A stretch of DNA of 64,000 nt from Eledone cirrhosa (lineage: Eukaryota). A program made the position numbers and the translations under genes. Within the stretch, counting starts at the first letter, position 1, and every line of letters begins with the position of its first letter. Location of the stretch: assembly GCA_964016885.1 (NCBI GenBank), contig OZ024756.1, positions 29,450,001 through 29,514,000 of the forward strand, given 5' to 3'. Positions 26,546 through 40,554 of this stretch are shown piece after piece. The notes below the pieces were generated by a model. That model was not told the DNA's origin. It worked only from the letters and a program-made list of their open reading frames with translations, and did not search any database.

Positions 26546-26856
26546 CTGCAGAGCAAAAAATATACAAAACAAGTATATTTCTAAAAAAAAAATCTGATAA
26601 ACTGACTTTCAATTTAAAAAAAAAAATAAATAAATAAATAAATAAATTAACTTATGAATTAGTAATAAGGAAAAAAAATGTTTCTTTAAATTGGAAAAAG
26701 TTAGACTAATTAGTCAATAAAAGAACATTTAGAAATTAAAGTTGTACTACCTTAAATTTAAAAATTTAACTTTGAAATTGCTAATTTTTTTCTTTTTTTT
26801 CTTTTTGCAAATAAACAAGAATTAGTTCATTAAAATACAAACTTTAAAAAACTTAC

Positions 26857-26878
26857 ATAATGCTGGTAATATTCTTTT
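26857..26878 (-). CDS. Weak candidate 22-nt stalk exon (KNITSI in phase 1)
   Basis: Perfect GTAAGT donor and AAG acceptor after a T-rich tract. It is frame-shifting and so needs a partner exon. Confidence 0.25.
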
Positions 26879-28652
26879 CTTTATTAAACAGAATAATGGT
26901 AATAATAAACTAGATAAACACAATAAGCATGGTATGGTTTAAAATAGACATGACCAGCAGTGACATATTTTTTTTAAACATATTGAAGAAAAAAGAGAAA
27001 AGCCCATAACAAAAATGTACACACACAGAATGCAGAACAAAACTGACTTAAGCAATTATCAAAAGAAAAAGTGTTATTGATTAGCAGTGCCTTTTCTTAG
27101 AAATATGGGAATAAAAGATGCAAACATAGGGAACTTATTATAAACCTAAATCCATGTGATACACTTTTCCATAACCTTTTTTAAGAACCACACTCCACCT
27201 ACTTGCTTCATCTAGGTTTTCTGTTTACCATTTTATTAACCAACAGGAATTCTAATTTATATCACAAGAACTAAATTAAATTAGCTGAGTTATCCATACA
27301 GAGAATTTCTGTTGGCAGACTTACAAAGACAGTTGTTATATTCTGCTGAGGAGACGATATTTTCTAAAAACATGTAAAGATAATCTTTTAAGTTTTTTTC
27401 TGAGTATAGAGGGTACCAGTTGCTACTGGAAACAATATAGGGTAGAGAGGACTCATCAGTCTGATCAAGAAAAAATAACCTCTCTAGTGTTGATGCCATG
27501 ATAAAATGCAAGGAGTACACTTCTGTGAAATTGTAGCACTGGTGACATGATAAAATGTACCTGGTACACCCTGTAATGTGACTGGCATTAGGAAAGTCAT
27601 CCAGCTGTATGATAGCATAGCAAACATGGAACATATGAGCAAGATGAGGCGTCTCTGACCCATCTAGACACAGACCATGATATCACAACCTAGAAAGGGA
27701 TGTAAAATGATGAAAATCTATATTAGATTTCTCTTGGAAATTAGAAATCAGAATAAAGCCTTTGCCCCAAGACCTTTGAGACAATCTCATCTAACCTAAC
27801 CAAGTTTACACAAATAAGAAGAACCAGGGCCGCTCCTAGGTACATTGGATTTGGTGTACTTCATATTTTTTTCAGTTGCTGAATACAATCAGGGGTCGCT
27901 GCTTCTCCTGAAGGTCAATAGTTCTCTAACTCAAGCGGGAGCACCTTTCCATTGTCAATTTGCATTGATCATCTGCAAAGCCGCATTGTTCTCAGAACCA
28001 CTACACCAGTCTTTCGATGCGTGCAGCTGGAACTGCTGCCACCCATTGATTTGGCAGGATTTTGTTTTTGAGACAAGATACATATGAAATGTGCAATATT
28101 TAATGGAAACTGGGGAAAACATTAATTATTCTAAAATAATTTTCTTTTGTTATCAAAAGGAAATGCTGGCTAGATTAAGTGCACATTATATTTTTGAGAG
28201 AGAAAGAGAGACAGAGAGAGGTCGCCAAAATTCCCTCAATGAGTGTGTTATGGTTCTTACCAGAATCTTCAATACTATCGGGAGAATCTAAATGAATATG
28301 AAGAAAGTAGCAAAGATATTGTTTTTGAAATTTGAAAAAAAAACTAACTTACAAAATAAAATATATTATCATATATATATATATATATATATATACACTC
28401 ATTCTGTAGACAGTGCCAGCAATGAAAAGACCAATGGAAACATTGTTCCCTCAGTCTAATTTGATGAGTTCCACACCACTCAGTAAGCCAGTGAGGTCTG
28501 GGGTCTTATTGATTGATTTGATATACATATATATGTAAGTGTATGTATATACGCGTGTGTGTGTGTGTGTATAATTTGCATGTATTTTTGTATATATATA
28601 ATGCCTTCATCATTATTTAATAACTATTTTTCTACGCTTGCATGGGTTGTAC

Positions 28653-28683
<31 letters not shown>

Positions 28684-29175
28684 ATATATATATATGTGTA
28701 TATATATGTGTGTGTGTGTGTATATATATGTGTGTGTGTGTATATATATGTGTGGGTGTGTGTGTGTGTGCTGAAAAATTAAATCATCTCAAATTCTGTT
28801 CTGATAGCAACAGGAATAAATAAATGAAATAAATAAATAACATCAACAAGAAGAAGAAGAAAAAGATTGAATGCTCATTTGCATGTATTAACTACTTTCA
28901 TCTGGACCAAACCTTGATATCACCACAGATTAACATGGAAATCGATTGATTATAAAACATATTTAGATACATTGGTTATTGAAAAATAGAACAAATAAAA
29001 AGAGAAAATAAAGAAATACAATGCTAATTGGACATTAAAATAACATTGGATATAGTTAGGGGTACTAATGTCACATAAATCATTTCATAATACATGCAGT
29101 AGATGGACAGGCATGAAATGTGTATATATGTATATATATATATATATATATTATGTAATAAACAACACAATGCAA

Positions 29176-29253
29176 TTATTCCATTTACCAAAGGTTTCAC
29201 GAAGACAAGAGAGTTCAATAGAGACGTCTGAAATTGTTCATCAGAAAGGAAAA
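29176..29253 (-). ncRNA. Type I hammerhead ribozyme motif, sense to the NCAM pre-mRNA (left arm of a fold-back)
   Basis: Minus strand reads TTCCTTT-CTGATGA-ACAA..AGAC..GTCT-TCGT-GAA-ACC TTT GGT-A-AATGGAA. GUA site at 29188-29186. Confidence 0.65.
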
Positions 29254-29254
29254 T

Positions 29255-29332
29255 TTATTCTTTCTGATGAACGATTTCAGACGTCTCTATCGAGGTCGCC
29301 TGTCTTCATGAAACCTTTGGTAAATGGAATAA
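29255..29332 (+). ncRNA. Type I hammerhead ribozyme motif (right arm of a fold-back)
   Basis: CTGATGA 29264-70; ACGA..AGAC..GTCT..TCAT stem II; GAAA 29310-13; stem III ACC-TTT-GGT; GUA 29320-22; stem I TTATTCTTT/AATGGAATAA. Confidence 0.65.
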
Positions 29333-29465
29333 TTGTATTGTGTTGTATATTACATAATTAAATAGCTCTGTAGTATACATAGAGCACTCTTCTTTCCTTT
29401 ATCCTATCTACAGAAATACTTCATATATATATATAGACAAACATATATATATATATATATATAGT

Positions 29466-29541
<76 letters not shown>

Positions 29542-29608
29542 AATGGGCAAACTTTTTTTTCATGTCAAACTTAAATGATGCAATTTTACACATGCAAAAT
29601 ATGATGGC

Positions 29609-29648
<40 letters not shown>

Positions 29649-29654
29649 GCCATC

Positions 29655-29685
<31 letters not shown>

Positions 29686-29851
29686 CAACATTTCCAGCAG
29701 ATATAGAAATGGAATATAAATATATATATATCTAAAAAAAAAAAGAAAAGGAGTGGGTGGGTGGCAAAACTAATATGGGGGTGTGGGGACAAATCCATGA
29801 TGAAAAAATTAAAATACAAAACAAACAAAAAAAAAAGAGGAGATTACTTAC

Positions 29852-30053
29852 GTTGTTTTGTCAAAATAATCTTAGGTCGTGGCTTTGAATTCCCAACTTT
29901 ATTAATTGCTATAACCTGTATTTCATAGTATGTGTCAGGTTCTAAATTTTTAAGTTCAACACTGGTCTTATCGTTTGAACTTGCTGTCATGAAATTTCCA
30001 TTTGTAGCATCATGATCAACTTCCCAGGGTTTTTTATCTTTTTTAATCTGAAC
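29852..30053 (-). CDS. NCAM: NCAM-like exon, FN3-2 C-half ([12 protein letters not shown]...[34 protein letters not shown])
   Basis: Acceptor cttccctccacAG, donor GTAAGT, 202 nt, phase 0 to 1. Confidence 0.93.
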
Positions 30054-33000
30054 CTGTGGAGGGAAGCCAAACAACAAAGCAAGTTTCAGAATCCAAAATC
30101 ATTATTCCAAAACAAACAAACAAACAAACAAAAAAAAAACAACTTATTAATGGTGACTTTTGTGGTTAGTGTTAGGATGGGCATCAGGCTGTAAAATACC
30201 TAGTCAAATTTAGTCGTCGTCGGAGCAAAGTACGTCCAACTCTGGCCAGGCTTGTCTCCCAAAGTGGACGACCTGTCTAACCCATGCAAGCATGGAAAAA
30301 TGGGTGCTAAACGATGATGATAATGATGATGATGATGCTATAGGTTAAACCTCCTTTAATACCAACCTGATTGAAATTGTCACTGATTCTATTTATTTTG
30401 AACTATGCATATGTATATAAAGACATTAGTTACATTACTTAATCCCTCCAAATACTTGATTATTTAGAAAAATTATTTGATTATCATAGGCAGTGTGTTT
30501 TATTAGAAATACACTATAACAATTTTTCCTGCTGATATGACTTGCCACAAATGGAAAATTCCACAAAGCACTTAAAATTTGTGTAATTTGTATAAAACTA
30601 CCATCTGAGTATATCTAATTTATATCTTGAGGGAGTATGTAATCTATATATATAAAACAGAGGATGTCTGTCTGTGTGTCTGTTTCCCTAAAACTCGAGA
30701 AGTACCCAACCGTTTTTTTTCAAACTTTACACATGTAACCCGTATGGCCCCGGAAGTGTTTTGAGCAAAAAAAAATTTCAAATTATTCTGACCTAGGGAT
30801 CGAATTAGTGAAGTGGCCAATGTCTGTACATAATGAGGGAGTGAGAGGAGAGAAAAAGAAACGGAGAGGCGAAGTGAAGAAGTGGCTCTCTACTCCTCCT
30901 CCTCCTCCTTCTCCCCATTCGTCACAGCGTTTTTCGATAGAGGGGAGAGAGAGTTACAGAGAGAAAGAGTGAGAGTGAAAGAAACAGACAGACTAAAAGA
31001 GGGGGATAGCGGGAGAGAGAGAGTGACAGACGGCGTCTTTTGAGAGTTGTATGCGTCAAAGATACATGACAGTGGAATAACTATTGCGTGTGTGTGTGAG
31101 TTTGTGTGCGTTTGCGTGAGTTATTATAAACTCTCTCACATGGTCTGATGGAATTAACCCGTTAGCATTTACATTACTCTATATATACTATATTATTTTC
31201 ATGGTAAAGGCTTTATCTCACATAGATTTAATATTTATTTTGAGAACAATACCATAACCCTTTAGTATTAATGTGAGTGAGTTATAAAGAGAAAGAGTGA
31301 GAGTGAAAGAAACAGACAGACTAAAAGAGAGGGATAGTAGGAGAGAGAGAGAGATGCTGGAAGAGGGGAAGGAAAACTATGTCTTGCTGTCTGCATTACG
31401 ATACATATATATACACACACACACACTGATCGCAGCACAATGATGTAATGCAGACAGCCAGACATACAGACAGATATTATAAGGGTGCAACGTTATATCT
31501 ATGTATCTATCTAAAAAGAAAGAGTAAGAGTTATAGAGAGAGATCACTAAATCACCTAATGCGGTCCCTAGAGCATTGAAAATTTGAAATATTTTTTGCT
31601 CAAAACACTCACAGAACCATAAGTATTACATGTGTAAAGTTTGAAAATAATTGGTTGGGTGGTTCTCAAGTTTTAGTGAGCTGACAGACAGACAGACATT
31701 CTCTGTTTTAGATATATAGATATATATATAATTATATATTCGTGTACAGATATTTTTGCATACACAATAACAAAATATAAATAAACGTATTTATTTCACG
31801 AGGCTCAATAAGGATAAATATATATCAAATATATAAGAACCCTAGAGCAAATCCCGAGTAATGCCGGGCCATTCTGCTAGTATACATATAAAACACTAAA
31901 CTTAAGACAGCGACTTTGGTTTTACATCTACCTCCCTTCTGATGAGTGAGTGAAGAAGCTGGTGTACTATTGCACAAGCCCCAGCAATCCTTGCATTAAG
32001 CCTCTTGCCATCCATCCATCACTTATGAAAAATGCCTTGAGATACTTGAACTTTTCCACCTGCTTTAGTGTATCTCCATTCATATGCAGAGTGTACTGCA
32101 CAGGCTTTCTCGAGTGGACGAATGGCTCCCGCTTTGTAACACTGATTTTCTTTCCTGCTGTGTAGTACTCAGCAGCAAACCTATCCAATGCATGTCAGCG
32201 ATCATCTTCCGACAAATTAAGTAGCACTAAGTCATCTGCAAACATCAACTGACTGATCCTACACCCACTAGCTTTGATACCATTTCCAACCCAGCTGTGC
32301 ATGCCAATCCTGTTCATGAAGGCTATGAACAAGAGAGGTGACAATATGCACTCTTGGCAGAGTCGGACACATACATTGAATACTTTCGACTTAGAACCAT
32401 TTATCAGATCACAAATACTACACCATTCATATAAAGACTTCATGGTAACAAGAAGCTGTCTGCTGATCTCATACTCCCGTAGAACCTTACACAACAAGTC
32501 ATGTGGAACGTGGTCGCATGCCTTTTTTGAGGTCCATGAAACAAGCATATACCTCTTGGCAATACTCCCAAAGATCTACTACAGAGTGAGTATTTTTTCA
32601 TGTGGAAACTACCAAGCTGGATAGTTTACAATCTGTTTCAATGTCCTCAGTTTACCCTGAGAGTTCTATGAATTTCGATGCAATAGTACCTGCATATCTG
32701 GTCCTAAATTCCTCATCAGCCAGCATTTCCCACTTAATCATGTAGGTCAATCTGAACATGTCAGTTCTGAGGTTTTCTTGACTTTGGGTAGTCTCAAATT
32801 CCATATGCTGAGATCCCAAATAAGATCCAGAAGAGAGCAAACATTAACAGTTGGTAACTGGAGTGTTACAACCCTTACAGGTAAGGAGCAGCAACTAGTA
32901 GAAAACTGTCAGATGTTAACAGTTAGATATAGTTAGGTTTCCTCAGCAAAATTCCATGGCTTTGGTACTATAGATTTGGATGGAGGATGGAAGCTCCACT

Positions 33001-35288
33001 ATTCAGGTGTTGTGCCAGAAAGGACTACACAAGCTGGAGTGAGAATACTCACAAGTAGCTGACTGTCTGATAGTGATATGGATTGGATTCTATAGGGCGG
33101 AGGGATTTGCCTCTTGAAGCTTAGGTTGAAAGAAAAGCTTCTGTGGATGGTACAACTTTATGTGCCAAATGGTGAGTCAAAATGATGAAGCCGCTATGAC
33201 TTTAGATGTAGTCATATATCTTACAGGCAAACTTCAATGAACATGTTGGCACTCATCATGGAAAGGAGTGACTGGAAAGAATGGCATAAATGGTCTAAAT
33301 GCGAACAGAGATGCCTTATTACACTTATGTAGGTGTGAGGTATGGTCGTGGGTTCTATTTCTGATCTGGGCCTCATATTATATCTTTGAGCTCAAATACA
33401 TTCAGAGAGAACCTCCATATGGGGTCAGCTAAACCTACATAGGTGTGAGTTGTAACAACATCAAGATGATAGAACTGAGGCTCTTATTAAAACAAGCAAG
33501 AAACCTCCTATAAGATGCAACTTTGTAAGAAGCCAGCTAAACCTACACAGGTGTGAGCTGTTACAACATGATATGACTAAGACCCCTGTCATTAAAACAC
33601 TCAAGAAACCTCGTATGTGATGCAACTTAAACCCACATAGGTGTTAGATGTAAGAACAACTTCCATACAGAAATTCAACACGAAGACTGTTAACAAACCA
33701 AAAGTAGATTTATATCGTGTAGGAGAAACGGTAAAAAGGCTCCCAGTCCACACTGTAAATGTGGTTGGTGTTAGGAAGGGCATCCAGCCATAAAAAACCT
33801 GCCCGATCAATCTTGTCTCAAGTGGGACAATTCCCGTCTAACTCATGCTAGTGTGGAAGATAGACGTTAAACGATGATGATGAGGATGATGATGATAACT
33901 CAAAATTTCAAAATTATTTGCAAAAATGAGAATAAAATTCTTTACCTTTCTGTACTTGATTGTATACGAAGTTATAGGGGCACCACCAGTATTAGGCTTA
34001 TTCCATGTGACAAGATAACTTGTTGAACTCCCTGCATACTCTGATGAGGTAATGAACACTTCAAACGGCTTTCCTGATAATTAAGAACAAAGTTAAGTAT
34101 TAGCTCTCAATATCCAGTTCATGATTTAGTAGAAAATATCTAAAAATGGGTTTGCATTGTATGTTTACTAGTGAACAGATTGCAAAAATTTGTAGTTTAA
34201 CTAGAGTTAAGACTTTAATTTTAAATGGGATAATGTTGTTGTGTACTTTTCAACAATGTCTGGCTAATATGGATTTATGTGGTATAGGACAGTAAGAATT
34301 AACTCTTAAGACCCTGTAATGATTTAGCAAATATTATCTAAAGGCAAGTTTGTTAATACAATTGTTTATAGGACTTGAAAGTTTTCAATGTGATGCTGTC
34401 AGAGAGCTGTTTTTATATTTTTCAAGAATCTTCTGATATGGTTTGTTGATTTAAGTGTTTCTAATATATTTACTAGTGTACAGATCATTATCAAAATTTG
34501 AAATATTAGACAAAAGCAAACACTTACTAATCGGGGGTGTCGTAGTAGATACACCAACAGATGTAGAACTAAGTCCAACTCTATTTCCAGAAGAAACTTC
34601 AATATGATACTTTGTATCAGGAACCAAGCCTTCAAGTATAGCTTTCATATTGGTCTTGGCTTCTTGCTCTGCAAAAGAATGTGAAGTAAGAATTAAAAAA
34701 AGAGATCCATTAACCCTTTAGCATTTACATTGCTCTATATATACTATTGTATTTTTGTGGTAAAGGCTTTATTTTACATAATTATCCCACATAATACCGA
34801 ATCTATGAGATTTTGATGTCATTTATTCATTTATTTTGAGAACAATACCTTAACATCAGTATGAGCAGCTGGTTACAGCCAGTTTAAACAGAAAGAGGTG
34901 AGAGAATTCTGGCCAGTTTAAATGCTAAAGGGTTAAAAAGTACTGGAGTTGACAAGATCGACTAAATCAAAAGGGGTGCCCCAGCACGACAGCAGTCAAA
35001 TGATTGAAACAAGTAAAAATGTGTGTGTGTGTATATATATACACACACAAACATATGTATATATATTCCCATCCTGCCCTGCCCCTCTATCTTTCTAATT
35101 TTTTATTATTTCTTCTAATGAAGGACTAGCGTCCGAAACATTAGGTCCCTCTTCCTGCTATTTCAAAAGTTAAATATATCCCTTCCATATACTGTACCAT
35201 TTGTGTTGTTATTTCTGTTTACCTTTTACATACATATATCATCATCATTGTTTGATGTCTATCTTCCACGCTAGCATGGGTTAGACGG

Positions 35289-35322
<34 letters not shown>

Positions 35323-38300
35323 TATATATATACACACACACACGTATATATATACACGCACACATTTATATATATACACACACACATATATATATACACA
35401 CACACACATATATATACACACACACAGACATATATATATACACACACATATATATATATACACACACACATATATATATACACACATATGCACACACAAA
35501 CATACAACCCATATATGCTTGTACTGACATTTTACAACCATATTCCATACTGACAAGGGCTGGACTGGCCATTATGGGGAACCATGTTTGCATTATATTT
35601 CATATTTGCCATAGTTTCTATGGTTGTATGACCTTCCTAATGGCAACCGCTTTACAGCATGTACTGTGTTGATTTTACAGGGGTTCCACTATTGCCACTT
35701 TACTGAGGGTATATTACATCTCGACACCACTACCCATTTGCAGATGTTCTTACTTATTACAAAATCTCAATATATCAGAAAATGTAGTCAGACAAACTCA
35801 CCTGAAACTGAAATATCTAACTCGTTTTTATCGCCGCTGCCTTCGTAAACGATGTGATATTGGTCGACAGGTATACCTCCATCGTCAGTAGGTGCCTGAA
35901 TTACCAAGGTGACCGTAGTGGGTGTACGGCTCATTACTTCGACCTTAGAAGGACGTTTAGGCACAACTGGAATAAAAGACAGAGATGTGAACAACATATA
36001 TGTCAAGTTGGTGAAGTATGGCAGAATGGTTAAGAAGCTTGATTTGCAAGCATTATGTACTAAGTTCAATATGACTGTGCAGTATTTTTGGCAAGTATCA
36101 TTTACCACAGCCACAAGTTCATAATCTCTCAGGAAAAATCACTGGACAGACTTTACAAGCAACAGCCAAGCAACAGGAGACCAGGAATAGACCTCGAGCA
36201 AGATGGTTGGATAACATCCATGAGCTTGGCTGATCTTGTTTGGGGATCCAGCAGGATCAGTTATTTCTGACAGAACCCTCTGGCGAGAGTGTCTGAGGAC
36301 TGTGCCCCAACAACCCTCTTAGGAATAAGTGGGCAAAAAAAAAAGACAGGTTCACCCATGCTTTGTCAGTGAAACTGGGTAGACAGGGAACTGTTTAAAA
36401 GCCTGTTAGATGTACATGTAATACAAAGGACCAGCCTAGTCACAAGGAATCTCTCTGTGAATCTTATACAATTTTATGAGCAGGATTTTTCCATTAATTA
36501 AAAAAGTCAAACTGACAAAGCAGAAACTCTGCAATACATAAAATACAATAAAAATCTTGCTTTAATTTCCAAACAATACAAGTTTATGTTTATGTAGTGA
36601 TTATCCATCTATTTAAGAGTCATAAACTCCTGATAGACTCATAGGGGTGCACTTGTGTATGATGGCATGCCTTTGGCATTTAAACCTGTGGGAGCCCACT
36701 CTTTGAGAAAGAGAGAGAGAGGGAGACTTTAGTTCTGGGCTGATATTCTATTGATCATGAGAGCATAGAGAATAAAAAAAAGAAAAGGAAATGTACTTAC
36801 ATTTCTCAAATAGTTACATTTACACATACACACACTCAAACAAAGCATTTTAAGGCCTTTATTCCTGCAAAAGCAGAGGTTAACCTATGCAAAGTTCATG
36901 ACAGGTTTCATACTTATCATAGGGTTTTTTTGTGTCAATGTTTCACTTCCTGGCACCAATCTTAAGATACACAGGGATACAGCATGCCTATTCTCTGTGT
37001 GTCATAATAAGCAACTGAACAAGTTGCTGCCAGGAAGAGCATCCTGCTGTAATACATTAAATGAAATGTGAAATGAAATTTACAAGCAGGTTTGGCTGGC
37101 TTCCTACGAAGTTGCATCTCATAGGAAGTTTCTAGGGTGATTTACTAATAAGGGCTCCAGTATTATCATACACACCTATGTAGGTTTAGCTGGGCTGCTA
37201 CAAGGTTGCATTTCATAGCTGGTTTCTGCTGTGTTTTAATGATAGGAGCCTTATCCTATCATACACGCACATATGTATGTTGTTCAAACTCACACATATG
37301 GAGGTTTAGCTGGCTTGCTATGAGGTTGCATCTCATAGACAGTTTATCATATGTATCACTGATAGGGCCACAAGCCCATCATGAAAAGGAATGTGAAGTG
37401 AAGGTTCTTGCTCAAGAACACAATATAGTATCCAGTATATGAATGGAAATTATGACCTAGGCCTCACGCCTTCACATAAAACATTATAGAAGCTGTTTAA
37501 ATTATATAGAAATAATTAAATTGTACAAACCTGCTTTCTTTAATGTTATAGTAGTGTTTCTTTTTCCAAGAGTATTTTGGGCTACACACCGATAGTCAGT
37601 GAATACAGTTTTCTCATTACTGGCAGTCACACTGACCTAACATAATAATAATAATATAATTGTAAGACCAACAATAATATTTATTATAACAAACAATAAT
37701 ATTTATTATAACAGTCAATACAATAAAAACAACACCAAAAATAACACTACAAACACCTAAGGTCTCAGTGCTGTTTGCAGTAATGCAGTGACAGCACACA
37801 ATCTTCTATACAATCATTGGAAAACTGCGTGACTGTGTCTAGTTTATTCGCCGAGGTTAACTTTGCCTTTCATCCTTACGGGGTTGATAAAATAAAGTAC
37901 CAGTAATGTACTGGGTAATTGGTGGCCTTGTGCCTAAAGTAGAAACAATTATTTTACATCATGTTATTAAATTAAGTTGAATTACTTTGAATAAATCATG
38001 AATGAATATTATGTAACTTATCTACTAAATTTCTTAGCTCTTGATTAAACATAAATAATCTTATATATAATGTTTTTCTGCTAGTGAAAATAATAATTCT
38101 TTGTAGCATTGGCCAACAAATTGGGTGAAAAGGTAAGTTGATTACATGAACCCCAATACTTAATTTGTTACTTTATTTTATCAACATCAGAAACATAAAA
38201 GGCAAAATTGACCATGGCACGATTTGAACTCAAACTGTAGAAAGTTGTAAAAGTAATAATAATAATTGTTTCTACTTTTGGCACAAGGCCAGCAATTCTC

Positions 38301-39509
38301 CAGTGCATTACTGGTACTTTATTTTATCGACCCCGTAAGGATGAAAGGCAAAGTTAACCTTGGCGGGATTTGAACTCAGAATAGCAAGGGTCGTAACTCT
38401 ATGCGTCAAAGCATGGCGTCCGACCCTCTACCGATACTGCCAATTCATAATAATAATGGTTTCTGATTTAGGCACAAGGCCAATTGATTAAATCGATCCG
38501 ATTGTGTTTCTGGTACTTTATTTCATCAACCTAGTAAGGATGAAAGGCAAAGCTAAGCTCAACGTTATTTAAACTAATAACGTAAAGGGCCGTAACTCTA
38601 TGCCACAAAGCATATTGTCCAACACTCTACTGATTAAATAATAATATACAGATCAATGAAGAAAATCAAAATAAAATTCTACATGTTAACCCTTAATTGA
38701 TGAAGTATTTCGAGAGATTTACTAAAATTATTAAATATTAGTGCTAAGAGAGCAACATAAGATATGGTTCTTATAAAATTATGTGAGAAGATATTCTTCT
38801 TCGCCCACTTATTCCTGAGAGGGTCATAAGTGGGTAAAGGAGACCTTCCCACATAATTTTATAAGAATCATATGTTATGTTGCTATCTTAGCAATGAAAT
38901 ATTTAATATTTGTTTCTACTTTTAGCACAAGGCCAGCAATTACCCCAGTGTATTACTGGTACTTTATTTTATTGATCCCCGTAAGGATGAAAGACAAAGT
39001 TAACTTTGACGGGATTTGAACTAAGAATGGCAAGGGCCGTATCTCTATGCTGCAAAGCATGGTGTCCAACCCTTTACCGATACTGCCAAATCCGGAAAAT
39101 ATAAACACTAAAATAGGAGTCCTATAAAATGTGTGATTTTGTTTCATAGAACACATGCCGGATTTCACCAGACAGCATTCAAATAGGTTAGAATACCGGA
39201 CTTTGTGATTGAGGTATATTCATTAACCATTCTGTGACTATGATATATTCTGCATTTCATTTAATTAACCCGTTTAATGCTGGAACCATTAAAAACCTTC
39301 CATCATAGTCTTAACTAAGAACCTTTGTTTAAATGTGTTAAGACAGTGAAGTCAATTTCTGACACACGTGCCTAAATATATATACACATACATATATTTA
39401 AATATATACATACGTATATATATATATATATACATAATATGTATATATATATACATATGTATATATAATATATATACACACCACACATACATGATAACGA
39501 TGATGATAC

Positions 39510-39568
<59 letters not shown>

Positions 39569-39698
39569 CATATATATACATATATATATACATATTATAT
39601 TGTATTGTTTATTATACATTAAATTTAGCTCTGTAACTTACATAGAGCACTCTTCACTCCTATGACTTTTTCAATTTTCAACGGAAACTTCAATACTT

Positions 39699-39729
<31 letters not shown>

Positions 39730-39742
39730 CACATATATATAT

Positions 39743-39789
<47 letters not shown>

Positions 39790-40492
39790 TATACATACAC
39801 ACATATATATATATATACACATATATATATACACACATATACATATACACACATATATATATATATGTATATATGTACATACATATATATACATATATAC
39901 ACTAGCATGGGTTAGACAGGTTGTCCTGTTGTGGGCAGTGTCCGGTCGGCTGACCTTGTCTTGCTCATACAAGGATAACTTGAACCGTTAAGGTATATTC
40001 TCCTTGGTTATGTCAAAATTTATAAAACACACATCGTATTTTATCTGATGATAGCGTACCAAAATTTTGGTACTCTTGAAATATATATAATAGAATAAAT
40101 ATGGTTTTATAAATATAGTTTCCATTTATTTAATATCATTGTATGTATATAATATATATATAATTGTTTCTACTTTAGGCACAAGGCCAGCAATTACCCA
40201 GTTCATTACTGGTACTTTATTTTATCGACCCCGTAAGGATGAAAGGCAAAGTCAACCTCGGGATTTGAACTCAGATCGTAAAGGGACGTAAAGATCAAAA
40301 GATGGTTAAAAGAGTTCCAAGTATTTTATTATGTGCATTTCAAAAACAAATATCATCATGGGATGATATCTGTGTTCTCATCAGATAAAATAGGGATACA
40401 TGATATGAAGCTTAAAAAACACTTGTGAATAGTGAAGTTTTAAATCAACATTTGCATTGCTTTATTGTGCTACAATAAAACTCACCTCCTAC

Positions 40493-40554
<62 letters not shown>

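Noticed and set aside
28896-28912. 17-nt exon candidate after an AG-free zone; similar 15-nt (6614-6628) and 17-nt (7013-7029) candidates
   Set aside because: Weak donors or acceptors; such matches are expected by chance in AT-rich introns.
40486-40488. 3-nt micro-exon GAG with a GTGAGT donor in the Ig5 intron
   Set aside because: The acceptor is preceded by (TA)n, not a pyrimidine tract. It sits at a repeat edge and would insert into a core beta strand.
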